Below are positions 10,101-18,629 of a stretch of DNA of 51,417 nt, piece after piece; position 1 is the stretch's first letter; every line of letters begins with the position of its first letter. Position numbers and translations under genes: made by a program. This DNA comes from Thermoplasmata archaeon. Lineage in GTDB: Archaea; Thermoplasmatota; Thermoplasmata; GCA-020350865. Below the pieces are notes generated by a model. The model saw nothing but the letters and a program-made list of their open reading frames with translations, searched no databases and was not told the origin of the DNA. The DNA lies in contig JAZGAR010000073.1 in assembly GCA_036475875.1 (NCBI GenBank), positions 1-51,417 on the forward strand, written 5' to 3'.

Positions 10101-10185
10101 ATTCGGCTAGATCAAGGGAGGCCTGCATGCTCGCTATCCCACCCCCTACTACGAGCACAGCCCCGACTTTGTCCTCTTCACCCAC
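7174..10185 (-). CDS. hdrA: tandem HdrA-like flavo-iron-sulfur protein (two HdrA units)
   Basis: Same architecture as 3286..6282: GGGIAS, DKTFPTNDCAMC, CTGCGLCATFCP/CIGCGLCEKIC, CVGSRD...CSSVCC; N-domain IGVFVCHCGINIGG...ASCTPRTHE; GGGLSG, CVGSRD...CSRLCC; CSGCGTCEIVCP/CKGCGSCRASCP. A GTG start overlaps the upstream TAG (TAGTG), with AGGAGGAG 5 nt upstream. Confidence 0.9.
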   Translation of the reverse strand: MGEEDKVGAVLVVGGGIASMQASLDLAESGFKVYLLEKSSSIGGVMSQLDKTFPTNDCAMCTMAPKLVDTGRHRNITLISNARVKNIEGDPGRFDVTITVQPRYIDEEKCTGCGLCATFCPLEAVNEYDRGLGIRNVVFVKYPQAIPLVFIIDIERCIGCGLCEKICKAKAIDYDQQSREINIEVGSVILAPGFEEFQAELKSEYGYGIYPNVITSLEFERILSASGPFGGTVIRPSDGEVPKRIAFISCVGSRDPHGGMGYCSSVCCMFSTKEAFVAKEHAPGLEAHVFYMDMRAFGKEFDDYFHRARDEYGVKYTRCRIADVEEKIGTNNLLITYREENGELKQEEFDMVVLAAGLRSPSDAEELAGTFGFQLNEDGFCATKRFFPLDTTRKGIYVCGAFSAPKDIPDSVAQASGAAVRASAILSSERNRLTAVEEFPVERDVISEEPRIGVFVCHCGINIGGVVSVPEAADYAKTLPNVVYAEHNLYTCSQDTQERIKEKIKEHNLNRVIVASCTPRTHEPLFRRTVREAGLNQYLFEMANIRDQCSWIHMHEKKKATKKAKDLIRMAVAKTSLLQPLHKEPLNVDHAGLVIGGGLSGMTAALELANQGFKVHLIEREKKLGGNLNRLHYLLEGEDPRKRLNDLIGEVEAHENINLYLGSEIENIDGYVGGYKTTIMKDGKEELLEHGIIIVATGGYEHSPKEYLYGEDKRVLTQLELEKKIVEGEFSGNTVVMIQCVGSRDHEHSHCSRLCCTHAVKNALKIKKIDPSVKVYVLYRDIRTYGFAENWYREARRKGVFFIRYEDEEKPEVVKEGKSIKVSVVDPILKKKLIFRPDILVLSAGIYPYPENEELAKMLKVPLNKDGFFLEAHMKLRPVDFATEGVFLCGLAHSPKFVDESISQAMGAASRATTILSKETIEAEGLPSVVDREKCSGCGTCEIVCPYGAIVKDEEGKANVTEVLCKGCGSCRASCPERAITAPHFTLNQIVAEIKAMAQKEAV

Positions 10186-13100
10186 TACGACTCCTCCTGG
10201 CTTATTGCCCTATATTTAGGAGATGTATCCTCTATCTCCGTCAGCTCAACCAATCCTCTACGCCTCAAAGCTATTATTTGTCTCAATATGTCTTTAGGCC
10301 TTTCATCCAGCTTTCTCGCCATCTGCTTAACCGATAAAGCCTGTCCTTTTGTCATGCTCAAAATCCTATTACGGATGAACTCAGAGGACAGAGCCTCATT
10401 TATGATCTCGTCGAAATTCTCCTGATTAAGTCTTTTTCCATAGACGTTCCCTTCCTCAACCAATTTTCTTTCTTTCCCAACTAACCATCTCATTCTAACA
10501 TCGCTTGCCTCGTTTTGTGCGGCACTTAGTTTTTCCATAAGATCTTTATCCTCTCTGGCATTGCAAGGTCCCAATTTTGAGATCTGTTCTGTAAATTCCG
10601 CTATCAATTTCGCGAACCTTCCGCCCTCTGAAGCTGAGACCCATTCGATCCTCAACCTTTCAGGCTCGATACCAACCTTCTCGAGCAATCTTTTTGTGAT
10701 CTTTATCTTCCTCTCGGCCTGATAGTTGCCCTTTTGATAGTGACAATCTCCAAGATGACATCCGCCTATGAACACTCCGTCAGCTCCACTTTTGAAAGCC
10801 TCAAAAACTATTGTTGGATCCACCCTGCCAGAACACATCACTCTAACGATACGAAGATTGGGAGGATATTGATTTCTATTTATACCCGCTAGATCTGCTC
10901 CTGCGTAGCAACACCAATTGCATAAAATCCCAAGGATGTTCGGCTCCATAAGAGTCATTTCGCCCTCGATGGGAACTGAAGTGACCTGGGCAAAGAGCTG
11001 GTCATCTGTAAAATGCCGCATTGTAATAGCTCTTTTAGGACAACTGGCCCCGCAGGTTCCACATCCCTTGCAAAGAACTTTTATTACCTCTAGTTTCCCC
11101 TCCTCATCCTTCTCGATGGCCTGATATGGACAAAGCTCCATACAAAGTTCACAACCAATGCATTTCTCCTTGTCAATGGAAGATGTGATAGGCTCAGTAA
11201 GTACAGTGTCTCTAGCCATAACAATTGAGGCCTTCACGGCCGCACCTGAAGCCTGGGCGATGCTATCTGCGATATTTTTTGGATATTGTGCACAACCAGC
11301 TAAGAATATCCCGTCGGTATTGGTCTCAACAGGCGCAAGCTTCGGATGCTTTTCCAAGAAAAAACCGTTTGCACTCAGAGGGATTTTGAGCATTCCTTGA
11401 AGTGCCGATACTTCTCTCTCTCTGGGACACATACCGACGGAGAGCACCACCGCATCAACTTCTAACTTTAGCGTTCTCCCGAACAGCTTATCATGAATTT
11501 TCACCAACGTTACTTCGCCTTCTCTCTTCACCTCAGGTTTCTCGCCTTGAGAATATCTAAAGAATATGACACCCTTTGACCTTGCCTTTTGATACATATC
11601 CTCTGTTCCTTTACTAAAAGCCCTGATGTCCCTGTAGAACGACAGCACTTCCACACCCATTTCACGCAGTTGGATAGCCTGTTTCAGTGCCACTTGACAA
11701 CAATAGCGTGAGCAGCCAGTAAAGCCTTCTGATTCCCTGGAGCCAACGCAGTGGACTAAAGCCACGGTTTGCGGCTTTTTGCCTGCGATCAAAATATCGG
11801 TTCCTTCTTCCTTCAACGCTAGAAGTCGCTCAAGTTCCACATTGGTAAGGACATTTGGCAGCTCACCATAACCGTAGTGGCCTTTCGGGTCAAAAACATC
11901 GCAGCCTATCGCCAGTATTATAGTGCCAATATCCAGATCGATAATTTCTTCTTTTGTTTCGAGCGTTATTGCATTTTTCTCGCATGCCTCCAAGCAGCTA
12001 CCACATTTATCGCAGATATTGAAGTCGACAGCATGTGTATTTGGCCAGGAGCTTGGATTTTTATATATTGCCTTTCTCTTGGTTAAGCCGGCATTGAACT
12101 CATCACCCACCTCAATTGGGCATACATCTACACATTTTCCGCATGCGTCACATTTTTGAAAGTCAACCCCTCTTGGGCTCCGCAGTATTGTGGCCTTGAA
12201 GTTACCTATGAAGCCATCTATTTTTGAGAGCTCTGAGTTGGTGAGAATATCTATGTGCCCTTGCTCCAAAATTCTGTAATTTTCTTCGAGAAGTTCTGAG
12301 GCTGGCACCTCCTCCGGACTGAGTAGACCGCGTTGCGCAACCCATCCTCCCAAGAATGGAGTTTTTTCCACCAAATAAGTTTGAAATCCTTGTTTTGAGA
12401 TGTCTATGGCGCTTTGAATACCAGAGATTCCGCCACCTATGATGAGAGCCGATTTTGTCACATGCACCTTTTCCGGTCTTAAAGGTTGTAGCAATCTAGA
12501 TCTATCAATAGCCCTTCTCAAAAGATCCTTAGCTTTTTCTGTGGCCTTTTCTGGCTCATTTTTATGTACCCATGAGCATTGGTCCCTAATATTGGCCATC
12601 TCAAACAAGAATGGGTTCAGACCTGCTTTTGCGCATGTCTCCCTAAATATAGCTTCATGAGTTCTTGGGGTGCAGGCTGCCACCACTACCCTCGTAAGAT
12701 CATGTTCCTTTACAGCCTCCTGGATTTTTTTCTGAGTATCGTCAGAACACGTATAAAGATTATGGGTAGAATACACGACATCAGGCAGATCTTTCACATA
12801 ATCACTCACACAATCCACGTCAACAACGCCCGCTATATTAACGCCGCAGTGGCAAATAAAAACTCCGATTCTAGCCGCTTTAGAAACTTCCTTCTCCTCC
12901 ATCTCCTCTTCCTCGTCATACTTTCTATAATCCCGAACAGAAACTGCCGCTTTTGCAGCCGCAGCCGAAGCTTGAGCCACAGTGTCAGAAATATCTTTAG
13001 GGCCTTGAGCGCAGCCGCAAAGATAGACACCGCTTCTAGTGGATTCGATAGGACCGACATTACTTTGTCTCTCTTTGAAAAAGCCGTTTTCGTCCGTTTG

Positions 13101-14258
13101 AATATCAAGAATTTCTGCCAGTTCCTTCGTCCCGCCTGAGGGAATGATAGCATTTGATAGAACCAGTAAATTTGTCCTGATCTTTATCTCTTTCCCGGTT
13201 TCAGTATCTTCGATACGGATTATGAGATCCCTTTTATTCGGATCCTCTTTGATCTTTGCCGGACGCCCTCTAAGAAATTTAATACCCTCTTTCTTCGCTC
13301 TTTCGTAGTACTCCTCAAAATCCTTGCCGTAGGCACGAATATCAATATAGCAAATCGTGATGTTCTCAATTTCAGGCTCATGTTCTTTGGCTATCATCGC
13401 ATCCTTGATCGCGTACATACAGCATACCCTGGAGCAGTACCCACAGCCTCGATGTTGGTCTCTGGAGCCATAACATTGAATGAATACGAGGTTCTTTGGT
13501 ATGTTTCGGTCTGAAGGTCTAACAACATGCCCACCTGAAGGTCCAGAAGCGTTGAGGAGGCGTTCGAGTTGCAAACATGTTATGACGTTATCGTATCTTC
13601 CATAACCATATTCGGTTCGTATTGTGGGATCGATCAGTTCGTACCCTGTTGCAACGATTATGGCACCTACATCGAGTTCGATCTCCTCTTCCTTCTGTTC
13701 ATGGTCAATGGCCTTTGCATCGCATACCTTTACGCACAGCATGCATCTGCCTGCTTTATCCAATATCGGTCTTCCCTTCAACCCAAAGTAGAGGCATTTG
13801 GTTGAATCGATGGTGTAGCACATGGGCACAGCTTGAGGAAAAGGGATATGGATGGCCTTTCTCATGGATAAATCGAGATCAAATTCGTTTGGAACCTTTA
13901 CTGGACATCTTTCTGTGCATTGACCACAACCAACACATTTTTCCTCACTCACATATCTGGGGTGTTTTTTTACCATGACTTGGAAATCTCCAATATCCCC
14001 GAAAACACTAGCAACCTCAGATAAAGTAAAAACTTTGATGTTTGGATGTCTGGCAACTTCCACGAGCTTTGGCGATAGTATACAGAGTGAACAATCATTG
14101 GTGGGAAAGGTTTTGTCCAATTGTGCCATCTTTCCTCCAAGGGAAGGCGAGCGCTCCACAATATAAACTGTGGCACCATAATTTGCGAGATCCAGTGCTG
14201 CTTGAATTCCTGCAATTCCTCCTCCTATAACCAACACTCCTTTCTCTTTCATTAGCAT
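10185..14258 (-). CDS. hdrA: tandem HdrA fused to MvhD and a C-terminal extension (1357 aa)
   Basis: Unit 1: GGGIAG, DKTFPTNDCSLC, CVGCGQCTERCP, CYGSRD...CSRVCC. N-domain: IGVFICHCGVNIAG...AACTPRTHE. Unit 2: GGGISG with inserted CDACGKCVDVCP/CDKCGSCLEACE and CVGSRE...CSRYCC. C-terminal ferredoxin: CIGCELCMELCP/CKGCGTCGASCP. Then MvhD (ILCNWCCYAGADLAG...VMCSG...GGCHLGDCHY) and a ~126-aa tail. The second ATG at 14252 has better spacing to GAGGTG, so the start may be 14252. Confidence 0.9.
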   Translation of the reverse strand: MLMKEKGVLVIGGGIAGIQAALDLANYGATVYIVERSPSLGGKMAQLDKTFPTNDCSLCILSPKLVEVARHPNIKVFTLSEVASVFGDIGDFQVMVKKHPRYVSEEKCVGCGQCTERCPVKVPNEFDLDLSMRKAIHIPFPQAVPMCYTIDSTKCLYFGLKGRPILDKAGRCMLCVKVCDAKAIDHEQKEEEIELDVGAIIVATGYELIDPTIRTEYGYGRYDNVITCLQLERLLNASGPSGGHVVRPSDRNIPKNLVFIQCYGSRDQHRGCGYCSRVCCMYAIKDAMIAKEHEPEIENITICYIDIRAYGKDFEEYYERAKKEGIKFLRGRPAKIKEDPNKRDLIIRIEDTETGKEIKIRTNLLVLSNAIIPSGGTKELAEILDIQTDENGFFKERQSNVGPIESTRSGVYLCGCAQGPKDISDTVAQASAAAAKAAVSVRDYRKYDEEEEMEEKEVSKAARIGVFICHCGVNIAGVVDVDCVSDYVKDLPDVVYSTHNLYTCSDDTQKKIQEAVKEHDLTRVVVAACTPRTHEAIFRETCAKAGLNPFLFEMANIRDQCSWVHKNEPEKATEKAKDLLRRAIDRSRLLQPLRPEKVHVTKSALIIGGGISGIQSAIDISKQGFQTYLVEKTPFLGGWVAQRGLLSPEEVPASELLEENYRILEQGHIDILTNSELSKIDGFIGNFKATILRSPRGVDFQKCDACGKCVDVCPIEVGDEFNAGLTKRKAIYKNPSSWPNTHAVDFNICDKCGSCLEACEKNAITLETKEEIIDLDIGTIILAIGCDVFDPKGHYGYGELPNVLTNVELERLLALKEEGTDILIAGKKPQTVALVHCVGSRESEGFTGCSRYCCQVALKQAIQLREMGVEVLSFYRDIRAFSKGTEDMYQKARSKGVIFFRYSQGEKPEVKREGEVTLVKIHDKLFGRTLKLEVDAVVLSVGMCPREREVSALQGMLKIPLSANGFFLEKHPKLAPVETNTDGIFLAGCAQYPKNIADSIAQASGAAVKASIVMARDTVLTEPITSSIDKEKCIGCELCMELCPYQAIEKDEEGKLEVIKVLCKGCGTCGASCPKRAITMRHFTDDQLFAQVTSVPIEGEMTLMEPNILGILCNWCCYAGADLAGINRNQYPPNLRIVRVMCSGRVDPTIVFEAFKSGADGVFIGGCHLGDCHYQKGNYQAERKIKITKRLLEKVGIEPERLRIEWVSASEGGRFAKLIAEFTEQISKLGPCNAREDKDLMEKLSAAQNEASDVRMRWLVGKERKLVEEGNVYGKRLNQENFDEIINEALSSEFIRNRILSMTKGQALSVKQMARKLDERPKDILRQIIALRRRGLVELTEIEDTSPKYRAISQEES

Positions 14259-14285
14259 GGCACCTCTAGGTTCATATGTAAGTTT

Positions 14286-15176
14286 TCATTTTGAAACGAT
14301 CTTCTCCACCAACTTCTTCGTTTTGACGGTATTTTTCTTCAAACCCAACTCGTTTTTTGGATCGAGTCCCATTGCCAAACCCAATAATTGTGGGTAATAT
14401 AGGACCGGTATTTGGGGCGTTTCTTCTTCCTCACCTTTCGCCCTCAATATCGTCGATTGGTATTCATCGTACATGATGCTGCAAAAAGGGCATTGCAAAA
14501 CCATGGCATCCGCCCCGGCTTTGCGGATATGCTCGAGTTTGTCTGCTGCCATCTTCATGGAGGTTGCCTCCTCGATGGCCAGAATTCCGCCACCGCAGCA
14601 TTGTTTTTTGTTCTCGTAATTCACCGCCTCTGCTCCCGTGACAGTGATCAATTCATCTAGCGTTTTGGGTCTAATTGGGTTATCAAATCCAGTATAAATC
14701 TCTGAGGGTTTCAAATAATGACAACCGTAATGTGGTGCGATCTTCAGTTTGCTTAAGGGCTCAACGATTTTTTCTTTAATTTTTTCTATACCAACATCCT
14801 CGTACAATATCCTAGAGAAATGTTTTACATTTACAGTTCCTTTAAATTCGCGTCCCGTTGATCCTATAATTTTATTGATATTTTTCCGTTCCTTATCGTT
14901 CTCTTTTAGGGTCTTATTGACCTTAGTCAAAGTGGCCGTGCAAGCATTGCACACGGTAATTATGTCCAATCCTTTCTCCTCTGCAACACATATGTTTCTT
15001 GCCCCCAGGGAAAGGAATGTTTCATGGTCCACTGAATGAATAGGATAACCGCAACAAACAAAATCGTTCGAGTCCCAAAATTCTATCCCTAATAACTTTG
15101 CCACACTTCTCGTTGCTACATCATAATTGATACCCCTTGTGGGGACTGTACATCCCAAAAACAACGCGTACTGCAT
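14286..15176 (-). CDS. hdrB: heterodisulfide reductase subunit B-like (two CCG domains)
   Basis: MQYALFLGC...DFVCCGYP and ...KQCCGGG CCG motifs. 296 aa. The start abuts the hdrC stop (TAAATG). Confidence 0.9.
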   Translation of the reverse strand: MQYALFLGCTVPTRGINYDVATRSVAKLLGIEFWDSNDFVCCGYPIHSVDHETFLSLGARNICVAEEKGLDIITVCNACTATLTKVNKTLKENDKERKNINKIIGSTGREFKGTVNVKHFSRILYEDVGIEKIKEKIVEPLSKLKIAPHYGCHYLKPSEIYTGFDNPIRPKTLDELITVTGAEAVNYENKKQCCGGGILAIEEATSMKMAADKLEHIRKAGADAMVLQCPFCSIMYDEYQSTILRAKGEEEETPQIPVLYYPQLLGLAMGLDPKNELGLKKNTVKTKKLVEKIVSK

Positions 15177-15716
15177 TTATCTCCCCCCAACAAGCTTTTT
15201 TATCTTTGTCTTATCGAGGATGTTCCTAGTTTCCTTCACCTTTTCCTCTATCTCAGGCAAGTTGAATTTAGACCGCATTTTATTGTCGAATTCATCTATT
15301 TCCACCATTCTCCCATGTTCATCAAGAAGATCCAAACCCGCCTTCGCTGATGGGTGAATGTACCCCTCCTTTATTGCAATGGTTTGTATAGCCTCTATAA
15401 GACTGGTTATTCTTACATCCTGGGGGCACCTTTCATGGCAACTGTAACATGCTGAACATAGCCATAGAAAATCACTTGATAGAACCTCTTGGCGCATACC
15501 GAGTAATGCCATCCTTATTATTTTCCTGGGATCGTATCTATCGTCTTTTGCCCCCACGGGGCAGACTGCTGAGCATGTCCCGCATTGAAAACAATACAGT
15601 ATATTCTCTCCCCCAGGGATACTTGCAATTTCATATTTAAAATTCGGATCTATAGCATCCATATCCATTTCTGGATACTCGTTCTCTGCATCTCTACTTT
15701 TACCATTTTTTGTCAT
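15177..15716 (-). CDS. hdrC: heterodisulfide reductase subunit C-like (2x[4Fe-4S])
   Basis: CFQCGTCSAVCP and CSACYSCHERCP motifs. 179 aa. GAGGTG lies 5 nt upstream of the ATG. Confidence 0.9.
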   Translation of the reverse strand: MTKNGKSRDAENEYPEMDMDAIDPNFKYEIASIPGGENILYCFQCGTCSAVCPVGAKDDRYDPRKIIRMALLGMRQEVLSSDFLWLCSACYSCHERCPQDVRITSLIEAIQTIAIKEGYIHPSAKAGLDLLDEHGRMVEIDEFDNKMRSKFNLPEIEEKVKETRNILDKTKIKKLVGGR

Positions 15717-15844
15717 CCGAACACCTCACAAGGATGGTTTCATGAAACGATCCTGAATATTCGACTTTTAATGATACTGGGGTCGGAATTTTTATCCGCA
15801 CCAGACCACTATGCTTTAGTCAAAACAACCTTATAATAAAAGGG

Positions 15845-15860
15845 AAATATTAATATTTCG
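15845..15860 (-). promoter_or_regulatory. BRE/TATA-like element facing hdrC (operon 1)
   Basis: The minus strand reads CGAAATATTAATATTT. This would give a leader of roughly 100 nt before hdrC ATG 15716. Confidence 0.35.
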
Positions 15861-15942
15861 ACGTAAACATCACTATTTTTTCTATATTCATGCCGAAATA
15901 TTATCCTATTTCGATATAAAACCCGATATTATTTTCGAATAT

Positions 15943-15956
15943 CGAAATATTTATAT
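15943..15956 (+). promoter_or_regulatory. BRE/TATA promoter of GcvH-like gene 1
   Basis: CGAAA followed by TATTTATAT, close to the textbook archaeal BRE/TATA arrangement. It is embedded in the palindrome TTTCGAATATCGAAA (15933..15947) and conserved upstream of the paralog at 17920..17933. Confidence 0.55.
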
Positions 15957-16059
15957 CGATATATTCCATTCACACCCTTCAATAAAAACCTAAACAACCT
16001 AATTGAAAATGACATAAACATAACTTTATAAAGCCTTTAAAACCTTGGAAGTGGTTTGT

Positions 16060-16476
16060 ATGAAAATCGACGAATACGAGATGCCAGATGAGCTGTATTA
16101 TCATAAGGAACATGCGTGGGCCAGAAAAGAAGGTGATTCCATTGTTGTGGGTTTTGACGACTTTGCACAAAAGATGGCGGGAACCATAAAGCGCGTGGTT
16201 TTACTTGATGAAGGTGACGAAGTCCAACAAGGGAAGCCTTGCGGGACGATAAGCAGTGGGAAATGGACCGGGAAATTTTACTCACCCATAACCGGAGAAA
16301 TCACCGAGATAAACGAAGATGTCTTGGATGAACCAAAAATGATAAACGATGATCCATATGGGGGGGGCTGGCTTTTTAAAGTGCAGCTAAGCAATCCCGA
16401 TGAATTGACGAATCTGTTCCAGGGCGAAAAAATGGCCAGTTGGCTAAAAGAGGAGATTGTAAAGCACAAAAAGTGA
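16060..16476 (+). CDS. GcvH-like lipoyl-carrier protein 1 (non-canonical Lys context)
   Basis: The ORF track starts at TTG 16045. ATG 16060 gives MKIDEYEMPDEL, matching the paralog. H-protein fold signature: YYHKEHAWARKEG..VVGFDDFAQ...GTISSGKWTGKFYSPITGEI.EINE...P..INDDPYGGGW. The Lys lies 6 residues before the conserved Tyr, as in ESVKAxxDxY. Confidence 0.85.
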   Translation: MKIDEYEMPDELYYHKEHAWARKEGDSIVVGFDDFAQKMAGTIKRVVLLDEGDEVQQGKPCGTISSGKWTGKFYSPITGEITEINEDVLDEPKMINDDPYGGGWLFKVQLSNPDELTNLFQGEKMASWLKEEIVKHKK

Positions 16477-16543
16477 CCCATTATCCTTGATAGTAGATAT
16501 ATAATCAGCAATGATGGGAATATCATTTTCCCGTTCCTTTGGT

Positions 16544-17785
16544 TCAACTCTCTTTTTGCTCAACAAGCTCATCGTTGTCCAGCAAAATCGTCGTGTAGTA
16601 AGAGACCCACACCACCGTCTCAAAACCGTCTTTGAGTCGTTCCCTGCCCCCTGCCATGGCCTCCATCGTGGCCAGATCGTCGACCTTGTTATGATAGCCC
16701 GGATATACGATCAAACCTGCGTAATAAATGGTGGAAACCCCAATGGGCCAGAAACTTACCTGATCTGAACTGCCCTCACCCGTCTCCTTCACATCAAAGC
16801 CGCTTGAAGGATATTGAAGAATATCGTTTATTACTCTCAGGCTGATATTCAAAAGCTCGGGATTCTCAATCTCATCCTCATCATCAGGACCTGCCAGAAC
16901 GTTCAATTGATAAACCTGCGGCCAGTTCAATCCAACCATGTCATAATTCAAATATGTCTTGACGGTGACGTTTTCAGGGATATTCGCAACGAAGAACTCG
17001 GAACCCCACAGGCCCTGCTCCTCCCCAGACCACAGGGAAAAGACGATGGTTCGATCGGTTCTCATCTGGGAAATGGCCCTTGCTATTTCCAGTACAGCCA
17101 CCGTCCCGGCGGTATTATCATATGCACCTTCTATGGTCTTCTCTTTTATATCGTAATGACCGCCCAATACGATCCATTCTTGCGGTCTCTTTATCCCCCA
17201 ATGATATCCTATTACATTCAGCACTTCTCTGTTCTCACGCTCGAATCTCTGAATCTCGGTCTCCAGTCCAAAACCTTGGAGCTGGCTTTCTAGATAATTT
17301 GCCGCCTGGGCCATATGGGGATAGCCCGTACTGCGCTTTGCATACCTTGTGGTCAGGGTTCTCATTTGATCGAAGTACTCATCTCCGGACACCAATGAAC
17401 CGGTATCCTCATTTACCGTGACCTGGAAACTGGCTTCGAATGACCCTTTATTGATATGTATCGAAAAGCTGCTGTCCACCGTGGGGGGAAGAAGGAGGGA
17501 TAACTTATCTGATGGTGAATCGAATATCAGGGTGTTATTCGAGGAGGTAACATCTTCTTTCACAATGAGGATATTGTCTGGAACGGTGATAGTAAAAGAC
17601 CTCAAATTGGTTTCAAGTTCGAAAGATGATATGGAACCTGCCGTTGCCGAGAGGGGGGCCAGACGTGCATATGGCTCCTTTTCTTCATTACCGATGTCCA
17701 AACCTCCGCCCAAGAAATTCAATGCGATAGCAATAAGAACCACTGTTACCACAACGGTCCCTATTTTCTGAACTTTTGACATCAC
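16544..17785 (-). CDS. M28-family metallopeptidase with N-terminal membrane anchor
   Basis: Hydrophobic N-terminus (IGTVVVTVVLIAIALNF). Aminopeptidase motifs GGHYD...GAYDNTAGTVAVLEIAR...SGEEQGLWGS...NYDMVG. Confidence 0.8.
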   Translation of the reverse strand: MMSKVQKIGTVVVTVVLIAIALNFLGGGLDIGNEEKEPYARLAPLSATAGSISSFELETNLRSFTITVPDNILIVKEDVTSSNNTLIFDSPSDKLSLLLPPTVDSSFSIHINKGSFEASFQVTVNEDTGSLVSGDEYFDQMRTLTTRYAKRSTGYPHMAQAANYLESQLQGFGLETEIQRFERENREVLNVIGYHWGIKRPQEWIVLGGHYDIKEKTIEGAYDNTAGTVAVLEIARAISQMRTDRTIVFSLWSGEEQGLWGSEFFVANIPENVTVKTYLNYDMVGLNWPQVYQLNVLAGPDDEDEIENPELLNISLRVINDILQYPSSGFDVKETGEGSSDQVSFWPIGVSTIYYAGLIVYPGYHNKVDDLATMEAMAGGRERLKDGFETVVWVSYYTTILLDNDELVEQKES

Positions 17786-17919
17786 TCACCACATTGGCCT
17801 TAAAGGTTATTAATTTTGTTTATGTTTTCATATTTCGCCGTAATCATCACATTTTATTCATTATTTATATCAATTAATATTTATATATATCCATAAATCG
17901 ATATATTTTTTTCGAATAT

Positions 17920-17933
17920 CGCAATATTTATAT
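17920..17933 (+). promoter_or_regulatory. BRE/TATA promoter of GcvH-like gene 2
   Basis: CGCAA followed by TATTTATAT, at the position homologous to 15943..15956 inside a conserved upstream block. Confidence 0.5.
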
Positions 17934-18040
17934 TGTTGTATTCTGTTCACTCTTGTAAATTGGGAAATCAAATATAGGCTCTAATTAAAAAGACATAATC
18001 CCAAGGGAAAGACCCCTATTGGAGAAAGGAGATGAGCGAA

Positions 18041-18460
18041 ATGAAAATCGACGAATATGACATGCCTGATGAACTTTACTACCATGCTGAGCACACTTGG
18101 GTGAAAAGAGAGGGAGACATAGCTACCATTGGCTTAAATGATTTTGCGCAAAATATGGCAGGAATCATAAAACGGGTTGCGACCCTTGAGGAAGGAGATG
18201 AAATCCAGAAGGACAAACCTTGTGGCACGATCAGCAGTGGAAAGTGGACTGGTAAATTGTATGCGCCGGTGAGCGGAGAGATCGTGGAGGTCAACGAAGA
18301 CATTGAAGATGAACCCAAATTGATAAACGACTCCCCGTATGAGGAAGGCTGGATTTTCAAGGTGAAACTTTCCGACCCGAGCGAGTTGGACTCCTTGATC
18401 CATAAGGCCGCAGTAGAAGAATGGCTGAAAGGCGAAATAGCCAAGCATAAAAAGGACTAA
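18041..18460 (+). CDS. GcvH-like lipoyl-carrier protein 2 (paralog of 16060..16476)
   Basis: The ORF track starts at 18032. ATG 18041 lies 9 nt after AAGGAG and gives MKIDEYDMPDEL. About two-thirds identical by eye to paralog 1, with the same CGTISSGKWTGK(L/F)Y(A/S)P segment. Confidence 0.85.
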   Translation: MKIDEYDMPDELYYHAEHTWVKREGDIATIGLNDFAQNMAGIIKRVATLEEGDEIQKDKPCGTISSGKWTGKLYAPVSGEIVEVNEDIEDEPKLINDSPYEEGWIFKVKLSDPSELDSLIHKAAVEEWLKGEIAKHKKD

Positions 18461-18629
18461 AGGAATCTTATAAAGCCAGGTTCCTTTGAGTTCGATATTA
18501 TTCATGGATAGTGTGCAGTATGGGCAGTTGAAAACTCGCAGGGTAATTTATATATGATATATCCTTTCAAAAATTTTATTAACCAACAACTCTTTACTAT
18601 TCTCAATATTAAATATAGGGGGAACGAGT

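Noticed and set aside
15891-15965. Recurrent CGAAATAT / CGATAT words in this and other intergenic regions (also 533..552, 17897..17925, 32908..32985), considered as a dedicated operator array.
   Set aside because: Most instances are explained more simply as archaeal BRE (CGAAA) plus TATA-like elements in AT-rich spacers. Only the palindrome and the conserved blocks were kept as a finding.
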